Assembly: GCA_930990125.1 (NCBI GenBank) | Contig: CAKNOI010000006.1 | Span: forward strand, 479 to 64,478 | Direction: 5' to 3' | Source: an uncultured Clostridiaceae bacterium | GTDB lineage: Bacteria > Bacillota > Clostridia > TANB77 > CAG-508 | Length of the DNA: 64,000 nucleotides | Part shown: piece after piece, positions 42,814 through 54,435 of the stretch | How positions within the stretch are numbered: position 1 is the stretch's first letter | Layout of the letters: each line of letters starts with the position of its first letter | The notes under the pieces: model-generated | What the model saw: only the letters and a program-made list of their open reading frames with translations | Databases searched by the model: none | Told to the model about the DNA's origin: nothing | Position numbers and translations under genes: made by a program

Positions 42814-42889
42814 TGGAGCTTTCGGCCGGAATCGAACCGGCGACCCCAGCCTTACCATGGCTGTGCTCTACCTACTGAGCTACGGAAGC
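42814..42889 (-). tRNA. tRNA-Thr (anticodon GGU)
   Basis: Minus strand GCTTCCG-TA-GCTC-AGTAGGTA-GAGC-A-CAGCC-ATGGTAA-GGCTG-GGGTC-GCCGG-TTCGATT-CCGGC-CGAAAGC-T-CCA. 76 nt. One C·A mismatch in the acceptor stem (5-68). Confidence 0.8.
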
Positions 42890-42922
42890 ATATAGATTAC
42901 TTTAATGTGCATTAAAGTAATT

Positions 42923-43567
42923 TTATAGGTCTTCTTGTCCTATATTTTTTATTGCTTTTTTTCGTATACGTTGAATAGCGTTATCAATGGATTTTACTGG
43001 TGCATCAAGGTCTTCTGCTATTTTTACATAGCTATCTCCTTGCATGTATTTTTGTAAGACTTGTTTTTCAAAATTGCTTAATGCTTTATCTATTGCATTT
43101 TCAACACTATTATAATACTCCTTTTTTGTAATCATGTCAAGAGGGTCTTCCATAATATTTGCATTAAATGTATCTAATACAACAGAATCATCGTCATCAT
43201 CATATGCTGTGGCATTTAAAGATAAATAAGAATTTAGTGGTATATGTTTTTGTCTGTTGGATGTTTTAATAGCAGTAATTAATTGTCTTTCAATACAAAG
43301 GTTAGCAAAGGTTTTAAAGGAATTTTGCTTTTCTGGATCAAAGGATTTTATGGCTTTAAATAAGCCTATCATTCCTTCTTGCATAATGTCTTCTTTTTCT
43401 GCACCAACAATAAAGTATTTTCCTACTTTCATGTGAACAAGTTCTTGGTATCGATGAATAAGAAAATCTAATGCTTGTTCATTGCCTTTCTTAATAAGAG
43501 AAATTAATTCTTCATCACACATTGTATTAAAATTGTTAGAAGAATAATATACATTACTGTTATTCAT
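42923..43567 (-). CDS. sigH: RNA polymerase sporulation sigma factor SigH
   Basis: 214 aa, regions 2 and 4. ...EDIMQEGMIGLFKAIKSFDPEKQNSFKTFANLCIERQLITAIKTSNRQKHIPLN is the SigH hallmark. Confidence 0.85.
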   Translation of the reverse strand: MNNSNVYYSSNNFNTMCDEELISLIKKGNEQALDFLIHRYQELVHMKVGKYFIVGAEKEDIMQEGMIGLFKAIKSFDPEKQNSFKTFANLCIERQLITAIKTSNRQKHIPLNSYLSLNATAYDDDDDSVVLDTFNANIMEDPLDMITKKEYYNSVENAIDKALSNFEKQVLQKYMQGDSYVKIAEDLDAPVKSIDNAIQRIRKKAIKNIGQEDL

Positions 43568-43639
43568 ATTAGATAAGTAACCTCCTGATGATTTACTATG
43601 CCTATTATAAGCCTATAAATTAAGTACTGTCAAGTGTTT

Positions 43640-43918
43640 TTAAGAATTTTCATCATTTCTTTCATCTATACCTGCAATAGCCCATTTTTCAATTCCTATT
43701 TCTATATTAGAAGGATATAGCAATACTATTACTCTGCCACTTTCTTCTATTTGAGTAATTTTGCCAGATAAGCCTGAATAGGTAATAACCCTATCCCCTT
43801 CTTTTAAATTGTCTTGCATTTGTTTTAGCTTTTTGTCTTCTTTTCTTTTAGGAAGATAAGCAAAGGCAAAAATAATCAGAATTAATAGAAATGTAATTCC
43901 AAAATTAATATAATCCAT
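43640..43918 (-). CDS. yajC: Preprotein translocase subunit YajC
   Basis: 92 aa. N-terminal TM plus conserved ...LKEGDRVITYSGLSGKIT... motif. Conserved queA-tgt-yajC neighbourhood. Confidence 0.85.
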   Translation of the reverse strand: MDYINFGITFLLILIIFAFAYLPKRKEDKKLKQMQDNLKEGDRVITYSGLSGKITQIEESGRVIVLLYPSNIEIGIEKWAIAGIDERNDENS

Positions 43919-43974
43919 TTTTTCTCCATTCTATCACCCAGCAAACCTGTATCTGTTTGCTGGGTGATATTCTA

Positions 43975-45570
43975 TTAGGTTAGATTGGTAGTATTGCTAC
44001 CTTCTACCACATTGTTATTTACTGTTCCACCAGAGGTAGTTGTAGTGGTATTATTGGAGACGTTTCCGGTAGTATTGTTTGCTGTGTTCGTAGTATTTGT
44101 AGTGTTTGTATTCGTTACAGTATTTCCTACTACATTGGTATTTGCTCCACCTACTGTGTTTTGCGTATTTCCTGTGGTATTTGTTATGGTATTTGTGTTT
44201 TCATTTTCTTCTGCTTCGGAAGAAAAGTTTTGTGCTCCCTGTTCTTGTAAGTAGTTTGTTACATTCATTAATTGTCCTAAATAACGCATATAGTATTCTG
44301 TCGTATTTCCTGTGGTAGTTGAATAAATTTCGTCTAGTTCACATGGTATAATAACTTCTCCAAGGGAGTTAACAAGTCCATATTTTCTTTGACGGTTTTC
44401 TTTATCTTTTCCAAAAACAATTCCTTCATAGTTTGGAATAACTAACAAATTATTCATGCTCTTGTCTTTGGTAGTGCTAACAACATATCCTAAGCTATCA
44501 TGTTCTACTGGTAAAAGTATTTGTCCTCTTCTGTCAAATAATCCCCATTTTTTATCTTTTTGTACAGGAATGCAATTATCAAATAATAAAGCACCATTTT
44601 GAATATCATCGGCTGGGAACAAACTTAAATCAATACCTATTTGGTCATATTCTATTGGAATAATAGTTCTTCCTGTCGCATCTATTACACCATTTTTATT
44701 ATCTAATGTTGCTATATATAGTTTTAAGTCTTGGTCTAGTACTTTTAAGTTACTATAGGTTGGTGTAATTCTAGTAACACCTTCTACAGACATAATTCCT
44801 ACTTTACCATCTGTTGTTGTTACAAAGAATTCATTATTAGCTTCTGAATATTGAATACGGTTAAAACGTACATTAATAATGGTAGCATTGGATGAAATGT
44901 TAATAACTCCCATTCTTCTGTTGCCATCTTCTACTACTAATAAATTTCGTAACATAGCTTTTTGTTCATTTAAAGTAGTAGCTACTGTATATCCTTGGGC
45001 AGATAGATTTTGATTATAGTAGTTTACCAAATAAGGAAGCGTATAGATAGTAACAGTGTTATTTTCACGATTATAGCTAATAGAAAGATTAAATCCAGTT
45101 CTTGCTCCTTCTAGGTTGGTATACATTTTTCCATTATATGTGATAACCGTTTTAGGAAGAGTTAAATACTCGTAATCTTCTCCGGAGTTTGTTAAATTCT
45201 TTTTATAAATGGTATTAGAATTCAAAGTAAATGCTGTTACTTCGCTAATGGATTCTACATAACATTCATTTTGACTTTGATTCATTTCTTTATAACTGCC
45301 TTGGTTATATTGATAGCCTACATAACTTGCCAAATCATTAATAGAAACATAAACATCATCATCTTGAATAACAAAAGTACTTTCTGGTACACTGGTAGAT
45401 GCACCATCAATAACAACTTTTAATTTCAAGGATTGAAAGTAAGATATTGCGACTAATAATACAATACATAAGATGACCAAAAATACAATTACAATTAAAA
45501 TTGCCATCGCAATTCTTTTGTTTTTTTGTTGTTCTCGTTTATTGTTTCCTCCATTTTCAATTAAGTTCAT
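43975..45570 (-). CDS. Membrane-anchored WG-repeat protein with a Thr/Asn-rich low-complexity C-terminal tail
   Basis: N-terminal TM, repeated ...KWGLFDRRGQILLPVEHD... WG-type beta-propeller repeats, and a C-terminal approximately 90 aa T/N/G-rich tail. Confidence 0.6.
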   Translation of the reverse strand: MNLIENGGNNKREQQKNKRIAMAILIVIVFLVILCIVLLVAISYFQSLKLKVVIDGASTSVPESTFVIQDDDVYVSINDLASYVGYQYNQGSYKEMNQSQNECYVESISEVTAFTLNSNTIYKKNLTNSGEDYEYLTLPKTVITYNGKMYTNLEGARTGFNLSISYNRENNTVTIYTLPYLVNYYNQNLSAQGYTVATTLNEQKAMLRNLLVVEDGNRRMGVINISSNATIINVRFNRIQYSEANNEFFVTTTDGKVGIMSVEGVTRITPTYSNLKVLDQDLKLYIATLDNKNGVIDATGRTIIPIEYDQIGIDLSLFPADDIQNGALLFDNCIPVQKDKKWGLFDRRGQILLPVEHDSLGYVVSTTKDKSMNNLLVIPNYEGIVFGKDKENRQRKYGLVNSLGEVIIPCELDEIYSTTTGNTTEYYMRYLGQLMNVTNYLQEQGAQNFSSEAEENENTNTITNTTGNTQNTVGGANTNVVGNTVTNTNTTNTTNTANNTTGNVSNNTTTTTSGGTVNNNVVEGSNTTNLT

Positions 45571-45584
45571 AGTAGTTCCTCCTT

Positions 45585-46721
<1,137 letters not shown>

Positions 46722-46731
46722 CTATTACTAC

Positions 46732-47755
46732 TTACTTTATAAACATAGCGTCTCCAAAGCTAAAAAAGCGATATTTCTCTTTTACAGCTTCCTGATAAGC
46801 CTGTAAAATATATTCTCTTCCTGCCAAAGCAGATACTAACATTAATAATGTAGATTGTGGTAAGTGGAAATTGGTAATTAAGGCATCAATACATTTAAAG
46901 GTATATCCTGGATAGATGTAAATTCCTGTATCTGCCTCCATTTCTTTTACCATTCCGATTGCTATCTGCAACGGTTTCTAGCACTCTACAAGAAGTTGTT
47001 CCTACTGCTATTACACGCTTTCCTGCTTTTTTAGCACTATTTATTTTGTCTGCATCTTCTTTCTTAATATAAAAGTGTTCCGTATGCATTTCATGTTCTT
47101 CTACATTTTCTTCCTTTACTGGTCTAAAGGTTCCTATTCCTACATGTAAAGTAACATTGGCAATAGTAATTCCTTTTTCTTTTATTTTTTCTAATAAATC
47201 TTCTGTAAAGTGAAGTCCGGCAGTAGGTGCTGCAGCAGAGCCTTCGTATTTGGCATATACTGTTTGGTATCTATTTTTTTCTTGCAAAGATTCTTTTATG
47301 TATGGTGGTAATGGCATTAATCCAATCATATCTAAAATTTCGTTAAAAATACCTGTATAATAAAATTGTACTTTTCTATTACCACCTGACATTTCTTCTA
47401 ATATTTTTGCTTTTAGTATACCATTTCCAAAAGAGACCATTGCTCCTGCTCTTAATTTTCTTCCTGGTCTTACCATTACTTCCCAAATATCTTTTTCTAT
47501 TGGGTGTAACAATAAAAATTCCACATGAGCTCCTGTTTCTTTTTGTCCATACAGTCTTGCTGGTATTACTTTTGTATTATTTCTTACTAAACAATCTCCC
47601 GGTTCTAAATAATCAATAATATCCTTAAAAATTTTATGTTCAATGGTGTGTTCTTTTCGGTCTAGCACCATTAAACGAGATTCGTCTCTTTTTTCTATTG
47701 GAAATTGTGCAATTAATTCTTGTGGTAAATTATAATCAAAATCTGTTACTTTCAT
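46732..47755 (-). CDS. queA: S-adenosylmethionine:tRNA ribosyltransferase-isomerase. Requires a +1 skip at the in-frame CGG (forward 46955-46957).
   Basis: N-terminal piece (46895..47755) ...[17 protein letters not shown] [C]GG then C-terminal piece [45 protein letters not shown]. The join restores Gly (GGA) and the conserved QueA C-terminus. Confidence 0.85.
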
Positions 47756-47770
47756 TCTTCCTCATTCTTT

Positions 47771-49111
47771 CTATGTATTGGTAATTTGAAATAATCTTTT
47801 TATACTTCCTACTAATTCTTGTATTGCATTGGCTGGCTCGTCCAAATCTCTTAATGTATAAGTATATTCTAAATCACTGGCATGCACTGGTTTTGTTTGA
47901 TAAACTTCTTTAGGAAGTCCCTGCCCACCTTGTATCGTTTGCGTCATATAGGCTGCATACCAATTGCGTAAACCTGTTACAGAATTTTCTTCATAGTCAT
48001 ACTTTGCGTTGTCATGTAATTCTGGAATAGTATAACCATTTTCTTGTGCATTACGTTCTAAGGTGTGTAAAAATTCATGAATAAATACTTCCTCTGGAAA
48101 TTCATTACGATTATAGGCAAAATGATATAAATATTCTTTATTATCTCTTGGTATATGAACATTAGAAAAACCAATTTGTAAATAGTCCATTCCGCCTAAT
48201 CCAATCCATTTTGTTGTTTTGGTAGCTTGGTCGTCATTGGCACTTCCTAAATCGATGCATACAAAAATATGGTCATATTCTTTTTGTTGTAAATATGGCT
48301 CTATCTGCTTAAATACATCCTTTGCTCCTACATAATAGCCATTAGATTCATCATAAGATAAGGAGGTAATTGGCTCTGCAATACGGAACATGTCAAACTC
48401 AGCTGTCATTAGTCCACCAGAAAGCTCTGTACATGTTCTTGTAAACCTTTCCATATCTTCCTGCATTGTATAATAATCTGCATCTTGCATGATGGTTTGT
48501 ATTCTTTTTTGTTCCCCTTTGCTATTGGCTACTGCATCTATTTGGTTAAAAAAGAAACAAGCAAAATCCCAGTCTGTAGATGTTAAGGAACTACCAGCTT
48601 CTAAGATAAAATCGGAAAACCATGCCGTTCCTTTTACATTATCATCATAGCCCCCTAAACGAAATCCTATATCTACTTCTTCTCTGTTTTTGGAATTAAA
48701 ATAAAACTCTACTTTCGTCCAGTCTGTTGTTCCTGATACTGGTTTTGATTTTTCCACCGTATTGCTAATAACAATTTGAGCACCTCCTAAAGAAGGTTCA
48801 TGCTCTGTTACTACATCTTGTGTCTTTACCATACATGTTACTTTATAGGGAGTATTCGGCGTTACTTTTACTGTTTTAGAAAACAATGCATCATTAAAAT
48901 CTGAATTTGTAATACGATAACTTGCCATGTCCGAATAGGTGATTTCATCATCTCTTTTAAACTCAGAATATCCCATTTTTAATTCACTACGAAGAAATTC
49001 ATTAAAATTGTTTTCTTTGTATAATCCATAGGCTTGGACAACTGCAATTAACAAAAGAACAACAACACAATAATAAACGACTCTTCCTAAAACTGATTTT
49101 TTCGCTCTCAT
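47771..49111 (-). CDS. Exported/anchored putative zinc-dependent peptidase (HEFLH motif)
   Basis: 446 aa. N-terminal TM/signal. HEFLHTLE near the C-terminus. Confidence 0.55.
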   Translation of the reverse strand: MRAKKSVLGRVVYYCVVVLLLIAVVQAYGLYKENNFNEFLRSELKMGYSEFKRDDEITYSDMASYRITNSDFNDALFSKTVKVTPNTPYKVTCMVKTQDVVTEHEPSLGGAQIVISNTVEKSKPVSGTTDWTKVEFYFNSKNREEVDIGFRLGGYDDNVKGTAWFSDFILEAGSSLTSTDWDFACFFFNQIDAVANSKGEQKRIQTIMQDADYYTMQEDMERFTRTCTELSGGLMTAEFDMFRIAEPITSLSYDESNGYYVGAKDVFKQIEPYLQQKEYDHIFVCIDLGSANDDQATKTTKWIGLGGMDYLQIGFSNVHIPRDNKEYLYHFAYNRNEFPEEVFIHEFLHTLERNAQENGYTIPELHDNAKYDYEENSVTGLRNWYAAYMTQTIQGGQGLPKEVYQTKPVHASDLEYTYTLRDLDEPANAIQELVGSIKRLFQITNT

Positions 49112-49225
49112 GCTATGTCTCCCTTCTGTTCTTATTATACTAAAATACTATACAAAAAAGCAATCCTTATTTTATAATTTTAAAAAAATTTGCCTGTTTA
49201 TGTGTAAAACAGGCAAGTTTTTGTT

Positions 49226-51994
49226 TTATTTTAAATTTTGACTGCATCTATGGCAAATAGTTGGATTTTCTTTATCTTCTCCTACGGTTGTAGAATACAT
49301 CCAGCATCTTTCGCATTTTTCTCCTTCTGCCATTTCTACTTTTACCCCTACTTTATCTCCTTCTTTACGATTGTCTTTTTCTATTTGTAAATCTGAGATA
49401 ATAAATACAGTCATTAGAATTTCTTTGTTTTCTTCTAAGAAAGCATATTCTTCTGGTTTTGCATATAAGGTTACTTTGGCATTTAAAGAATGTCCTATTA
49501 CTTTTTCTGTTCTTGCTTCTTCTAATTTTTTTGCTACCAATTCTTTGTAATACATAACTTTTTCCCATTTTTCTGCAAGTTCTGGATTATCCCATTCTTT
49601 GTTTACTTCTGGATAAAAGTCTAACATAACACTTTCTGTATTTTCTGTTTTGGTATGAGGCATGTATTTCCAAATTTCTTCTGCAGTAAAGCAGGTCATT
49701 GGTGCTAAAATACGTACCAAGGCACTTAAAATTTGATACATGGTATATTGTGCAGCTCTACGTTCTTTTGAATTTGCTTTATAGGTATATAGTCTATCTT
49801 TGATAATGTCTAAATAAAAGTTACTCATATCGGTTACGCAGAATTGATTAATTGCATGGTATGCTGCATGGAAATCATATTTATCATAACTTTCGGTACA
49901 TTCTTTTACCATTTTATTTAAACGTAACAATGCCCATTTGTCTATTTCTAGTAAATCTTTATACTCTACTACTTCTTCTGGGTTATAGTCTGCTATATTT
50001 CCTAAAATATATCTTGCTGTATTTCTCATTTTACGGTAACTTTCACTAATTTGTTTTAAAATTTCCTTAGATAGGCTGACATCTGTTTTATAATCTGATG
50101 CTAATACCCATAGTCTTAAAATATCTGCTCCGTATTCTTTAATAATTTCTTGTGGACTAATACCATTTCCTAGAGATTTAGACATTTTTCTTCCTTCACC
50201 GTCTACTGTCCATCCGTGTGTTAATACTTCTTTGTATGGTGAAATTCCATTTACTGCAACAGATGTTAAAATAGAAGCTTGGAACCATCCTCTATATTGG
50301 TCTGCACCTTCTAGGTATAAATCTGCTGGATATGGCAAACCTCTTTCTACTAATACACCTTGATGAGAAGTACCAGAATCAAACCATACATCCATGATGT
50401 CTGTTTCTTTTTTAAACTTTGTATGTCCACACTCTGGGCAAGTTGCTCCTTCTGGCATTAGTTCTTCTGGAGTTAAATCAAACCAGCTGTTAGAACCTTT
50501 TTCTCTAAAAATTGCCTGAATTTTTTTAATAGACTCATCGGTAATATATTCTTTTCCACATTCTTCGCAATAGAACATTGGAATTGGAACACCCCAGGTA
50601 CGTTGTCTAGAAATACACCAGTCCGCTCTATCTTCTACCATGCTGGTAATTCTATCTTCTCCCCAAGCAGGAACCCAATGTACTTTTTTAATTTCTTCTA
50701 TCGTTTTATCTCTAAACTTATCTACAGAAGCAAACCATTGGTCTGTTGCACGGAAGATAATTGGGTTTTTACATCTCCAGCAATGTGGATAAGAGTGATT
50801 TATCTTTTCTTTGTGTAATAAATAATGATTTTCTTCTAGCCAAGTGATAATAGCTTCGTTAGATTTTTCGTAATATAATCCAGCAAATGGACCTGCAGCT
50901 TCTGTTTGGTATCCTTTTCCATCTACACAAACAACAATATCTAATCCATTTTTTATACCACATAAATAGTCTTCTTTACCATAACCAGGAGCTGTATGCA
51001 CTGCACCAGTACCAGTATCTAATTCTACTACTATAGTATCATCACTACCTAGTACTACTCTTGAAGTTCTATCTAAGAATGGATGCTTGCAAAGCACTCC
51101 TTCTAAGTCTGTTCCTTGTAGTGTTTGCACTGTAGTATAGTTTTCAATATTGGCATTTTTCATTACTTCTTCTACTAAAGCAGTAGCCATAATTAATTTT
51201 TCTTTTCCGGTATTTACAATACTGTATTCATATTCTCCGCCAACCGTAATACCAACATTACCTGGCAGGGTCCATGGTGTTGTTGTCCAAATTACCATAT
51301 ACGTATCTTTGCAATCAAATTTTCCCTTGCTATCTTCTACTTTAAATTTTACATAAATAGATGTTGTATCACAATCTTTGTACTCAATTTCTGCCTCTGC
51401 CAAAGCGGTTTCACAATCGGTACACCAGTATACTGGTTTTAGTCCTTTATAAATATAGCCTTGTTGATACATTTTTCCAAATACACCAATTTGTCTTGCT
51501 TCGTATTCTGGTTTTAAAGTGATATATGGGTTTTCCCAATCTCCTAATACCCCTAATCTTTTAAACCCTTCTGTTTGTTTTTCTACAAAACCTAAAGCAA
51601 AATCTCTACAGGTATCACGGAATTTAGATACACTAATCTCATCACGGTTTAATCCCAACACTTGTATTGCTCTTTTTTCTGTTGGAAGCCCGTGTGTATC
51701 ATATCCTGGAACATATGGTGTATAAAATCCCTTTAAATTCTTGTAACGAACTATGGTATCTTTTAATATTTTATTTAACGCATGCCCAATATGAATTTCT
51801 CCATTTGCATAAGGTGGTCCGTCATGTAGTACAAAAGGTGTTTTTCCTTCATTTTTCTTTAACATTTTTTCGTATAAACCTTGTTCAAAAACTTCTTTTT
51901 GAATGTTAGGCTCATTTTGTGGTAAACTAGCCCTCATTGGAAAGTCTGTTTTTGGTAAATTTAATGTTTTTCCATAGTCTTTTTTTTCTTCCAT
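49226..51994 (-). CDS. ileS: Isoleucine--tRNA ligase
   Basis: Start taken at MEEKKDYGKTLNLPKTDFPMR. HIGH (PYANGEIHIGH) and KMSKS motifs. C-terminal zinc-binding CxxC...CxRC. A T-box leader lies upstream. Confidence 0.92.
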   Translation of the reverse strand: MEEKKDYGKTLNLPKTDFPMRASLPQNEPNIQKEVFEQGLYEKMLKKNEGKTPFVLHDGPPYANGEIHIGHALNKILKDTIVRYKNLKGFYTPYVPGYDTHGLPTEKRAIQVLGLNRDEISVSKFRDTCRDFALGFVEKQTEGFKRLGVLGDWENPYITLKPEYEARQIGVFGKMYQQGYIYKGLKPVYWCTDCETALAEAEIEYKDCDTTSIYVKFKVEDSKGKFDCKDTYMVIWTTTPWTLPGNVGITVGGEYEYSIVNTGKEKLIMATALVEEVMKNANIENYTTVQTLQGTDLEGVLCKHPFLDRTSRVVLGSDDTIVVELDTGTGAVHTAPGYGKEDYLCGIKNGLDIVVCVDGKGYQTEAAGPFAGLYYEKSNEAIITWLEENHYLLHKEKINHSYPHCWRCKNPIIFRATDQWFASVDKFRDKTIEEIKKVHWVPAWGEDRITSMVEDRADWCISRQRTWGVPIPMFYCEECGKEYITDESIKKIQAIFREKGSNSWFDLTPEELMPEGATCPECGHTKFKKETDIMDVWFDSGTSHQGVLVERGLPYPADLYLEGADQYRGWFQASILTSVAVNGISPYKEVLTHGWTVDGEGRKMSKSLGNGISPQEIIKEYGADILRLWVLASDYKTDVSLSKEILKQISESYRKMRNTARYILGNIADYNPEEVVEYKDLLEIDKWALLRLNKMVKECTESYDKYDFHAAYHAINQFCVTDMSNFYLDIIKDRLYTYKANSKERRAAQYTMYQILSALVRILAPMTCFTAEEIWKYMPHTKTENTESVMLDFYPEVNKEWDNPELAEKWEKVMYYKELVAKKLEEARTEKVIGHSLNAKVTLYAKPEEYAFLEENKEILMTVFIISDLQIEKDNRKEGDKVGVKVEMAEGEKCERCWMYSTTVGEDKENPTICHRCSQNLK

Positions 51995-52055
51995 AGTAAT
52001 CCCTCTTTCTTCTTTATTTTTTAAACAAAAATTTCTAATGAAATTCCTATACAAA

Positions 52056-52293
52056 AACGTTCCTTTCATCTGCTAGGACGAAAGGAACGCTTTTCCGTGG
52101 TACCACCTAATTTAGAGTATTATTTACTCTCACTTTGCCCCTTTAACGCGGGAATGCGACTTTTCCTACTTTAACTTTCAGAAAAATAACAATCAGGTGA
52201 TAACAGATAAATTATTATTCTACTAAACTTGCACCATCTGTTTAGCTCTCTAAAGATTTTACTTTACCTATCCTGTCCTAATTCTTGTTTTTG
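52056..52293 (-). promoter_or_regulatory. T-box riboswitch leader of ileS (stem I, specifier, antiterminator/terminator), transcribed from TTGTCA-17-TATGAT at about 52300-52330
   Basis: Minus strand contains an AGAGA-type stem I, a candidate AUC-A specifier (GTTATCACC), and the T-box sequence AAATTAGGTGGTACCACGG. This is followed by the terminator AAAGCGTTCCTTTCGTCCTAGCAGATGAAAGGAACGTTTTTG. Confidence 0.8.
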
Positions 52294-52362
52294 ATAGTAT
52301 ATACAATAATGATAATATCATACCACTTTTTTCTTTTTTTGACAAGTAGTATGTTATTTAAA

Positions 52363-53685
52363 TTATGCAGTTTCCATCGTGTTTTTTTGCATTTTCGTTG
52401 TTTCCCTCTTTACTTTTTGCTGTTTCGTAAGTTTGTTATTATTAATTACGATATCTGGCTTTTCCCCTTTTTCTACCGTTTCCTTGGTTACAATACACTT
52501 TTCTATGTTAGGATTAGAAGGAACTTCATACATAATATCACGCATAATTTCTTCTATAATAGAACGTAATCCTCTGGCACCCGTTTTTCTTTCTATTGCT
52601 TTATCTACAATTAGTTCTAATGCCTCTGGTTCAAATTCTAGTTCTACATCATCATATCGCATTAATTTTTTATATTGTTTAACAAGTGCATTTTTTGGTT
52701 TTGTTACAATATCAATTAAAGCTTTTCTGTCTAGTTCTTCTAAAGTAGCAATAATTGGAAGTCTACCTACAAATTCTGGTATTAATCCAAATTTTAATAA
52801 GTCTTGTGGCAATAACTTTTCAAAAATTTCGCCTTTTTTCATTTCTTTACTACTTTGAACATTAGCTCCAAAACCAATAGATTTCTTGCCAATACGGTCT
52901 TTGATAATATTTTCTAATCCCTCAAAGGCTCCTCCACAAATAAACAAAATATTTTCTGTGTTAATTTGGAGTAATTCTTGATGCGGATGTTTTCTTCCTC
53001 CTTGTGGTGGAACAGAAGCAGTTGTTCCTTCTACTATTTTTAGTAGTGCTTGCTGTACACCTTCTCCACTAACATCTCTTGTAATAGAAGGATTTTCAGA
53101 TTTTCTAGAGATTTTATCAATCTCATCAATATAAATAATTCCTCTTTCTGCTTTTTCTATATTATAATCTGCTGCTTGAATTAGTTTTAATAAAATATTT
53201 TCTACATCTTCTCCTACATAGCCTGCCTCTGTAAGTGTGGTAGCATCTGCAATAGCAAATGGTACTTTTAAAATTCTAGCAAGTGTTTGGGCAAGTAATG
53301 TTTTTCCACATCCTGTAGGTCCTAATAAAAGAACATTGCTTTTTTGTATTTCTACTCCATCATCTTGTTTTTCATTATTATTAATTCGTTTGTAATGGTT
53401 ATATACAGCTACTGCTAATGTTTTTTTTGCTTCTTCTTGACCAATCACATATTCATCCAGAATAGCCTTTATTTGAGCAGGATTTGGAATTTCTTCTATT
53501 TCTGCTAAAGTATAGTTTACATCTTGTTCTTCGCTATCATCTTCTAAAATACTACTACATACCTTTACACATTCGTTACAAATATAGACTCCTGGACCTG
53601 CTACCATTCTATCTACTTCTTCTTGTACTTTACCACAAAAAGAACAGCGAATACTTTTATTTCCTGTATTTTTAGCCATTTTCAA
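52363..53685 (-). CDS. clpX: ATP-dependent Clp protease ATP-binding subunit ClpX
   Basis: N-terminal C4 zinc finger (CSFCGK...CNEC), AAA+ Walker A GPTGCGKT. 440 aa. Confidence 0.93.
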   Translation of the reverse strand: MKMAKNTGNKSIRCSFCGKVQEEVDRMVAGPGVYICNECVKVCSSILEDDSEEQDVNYTLAEIEEIPNPAQIKAILDEYVIGQEEAKKTLAVAVYNHYKRINNNEKQDDGVEIQKSNVLLLGPTGCGKTLLAQTLARILKVPFAIADATTLTEAGYVGEDVENILLKLIQAADYNIEKAERGIIYIDEIDKISRKSENPSITRDVSGEGVQQALLKIVEGTTASVPPQGGRKHPHQELLQINTENILFICGGAFEGLENIIKDRIGKKSIGFGANVQSSKEMKKGEIFEKLLPQDLLKFGLIPEFVGRLPIIATLEELDRKALIDIVTKPKNALVKQYKKLMRYDDVELEFEPEALELIVDKAIERKTGARGLRSIIEEIMRDIMYEVPSNPNIEKCIVTKETVEKGEKPDIVINNNKLTKQQKVKRETTKMQKNTMETA

Positions 53686-53721
53686 TCTCCTTATTTTTTC
53701 TTATTTATTTCTTTCTTTGGT

Positions 53722-54327
53722 TTATTGTCTTTTATCAATAATTCCATCAATTAATCCGTATGCTAATGCTTCTTCTGCTGTCATGTAATTATCTCTTTCT
53801 GTATCTTTGTTAATAGTTTCTAAACTCTGTCCTGTTCTTTCACTTAGTAATTTGTTTAGTTTTTCTCTTGTTTTTACCATGTGGTCTGCATGAATTTTAA
53901 TTTCTGTTGTTTGACCAGAAAGTCCGCCACCACCAATTAGTGGTTGATGTATTAAAATTTCAGAATTTGGTGTTGCAAATCTTCTTCCTTTCTCTCCAGA
54001 AGCTAATAGTACAGAACCCATACTAGCTGCCATTCCAATGCAAATAGTAGAAACAGGGCATTTAATATAGTTCATGGTATCTACAATAGCCATTCCATCT
54101 GTAATAGAACCTCCTGGGCTGTTAATATATAAGCTAATTTCTTTGTCTGGGTCTTCAGACTCTAGGAACAATAATTGAGCAATGGTAAGGCTTGCTGTAG
54201 TAGGATTTACATCTTCTCCTAAAAAGATAATTCTGTCTTTTAATAATCTAGAGAAAATATCGTAAGATCTTTCTCCTTTTGATGTTTGTTCAATAACATA
54301 AGGTACTAAACTTGCAAATTCTTTCAT
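53722..54327 (-). CDS. clpP: ATP-dependent Clp protease proteolytic subunit
   Basis: 201 aa. Catalytic triad region GMAASMGS...H...D. Confidence 0.93.
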   Translation of the reverse strand: MKEFASLVPYVIEQTSKGERSYDIFSRLLKDRIIFLGEDVNPTTASLTIAQLLFLESEDPDKEISLYINSPGGSITDGMAIVDTMNYIKCPVSTICIGMAASMGSVLLASGEKGRRFATPNSEILIHQPLIGGGGLSGQTTEIKIHADHMVKTREKLNKLLSERTGQSLETINKDTERDNYMTAEEALAYGLIDGIIDKRQ

Positions 54328-54435
54328 TTTTATCCTCCTCTAATTTTATGTTTTTTCTTTTCTAATAGTGCAAAAAGCCAGAGGTATATTTTTTATTTTT
54401 TAAAATAGTTACCCCCAACTTTTTTACCTAGTTTT

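Noticed and set aside
41006-42819. An intact prophage or integrative element at tRNA-Thr
   Set aside because: There is no integrase, recombinase or structural gene. Only a short direct repeat and two cargo-like genes remain, so it is reported as a remnant only.
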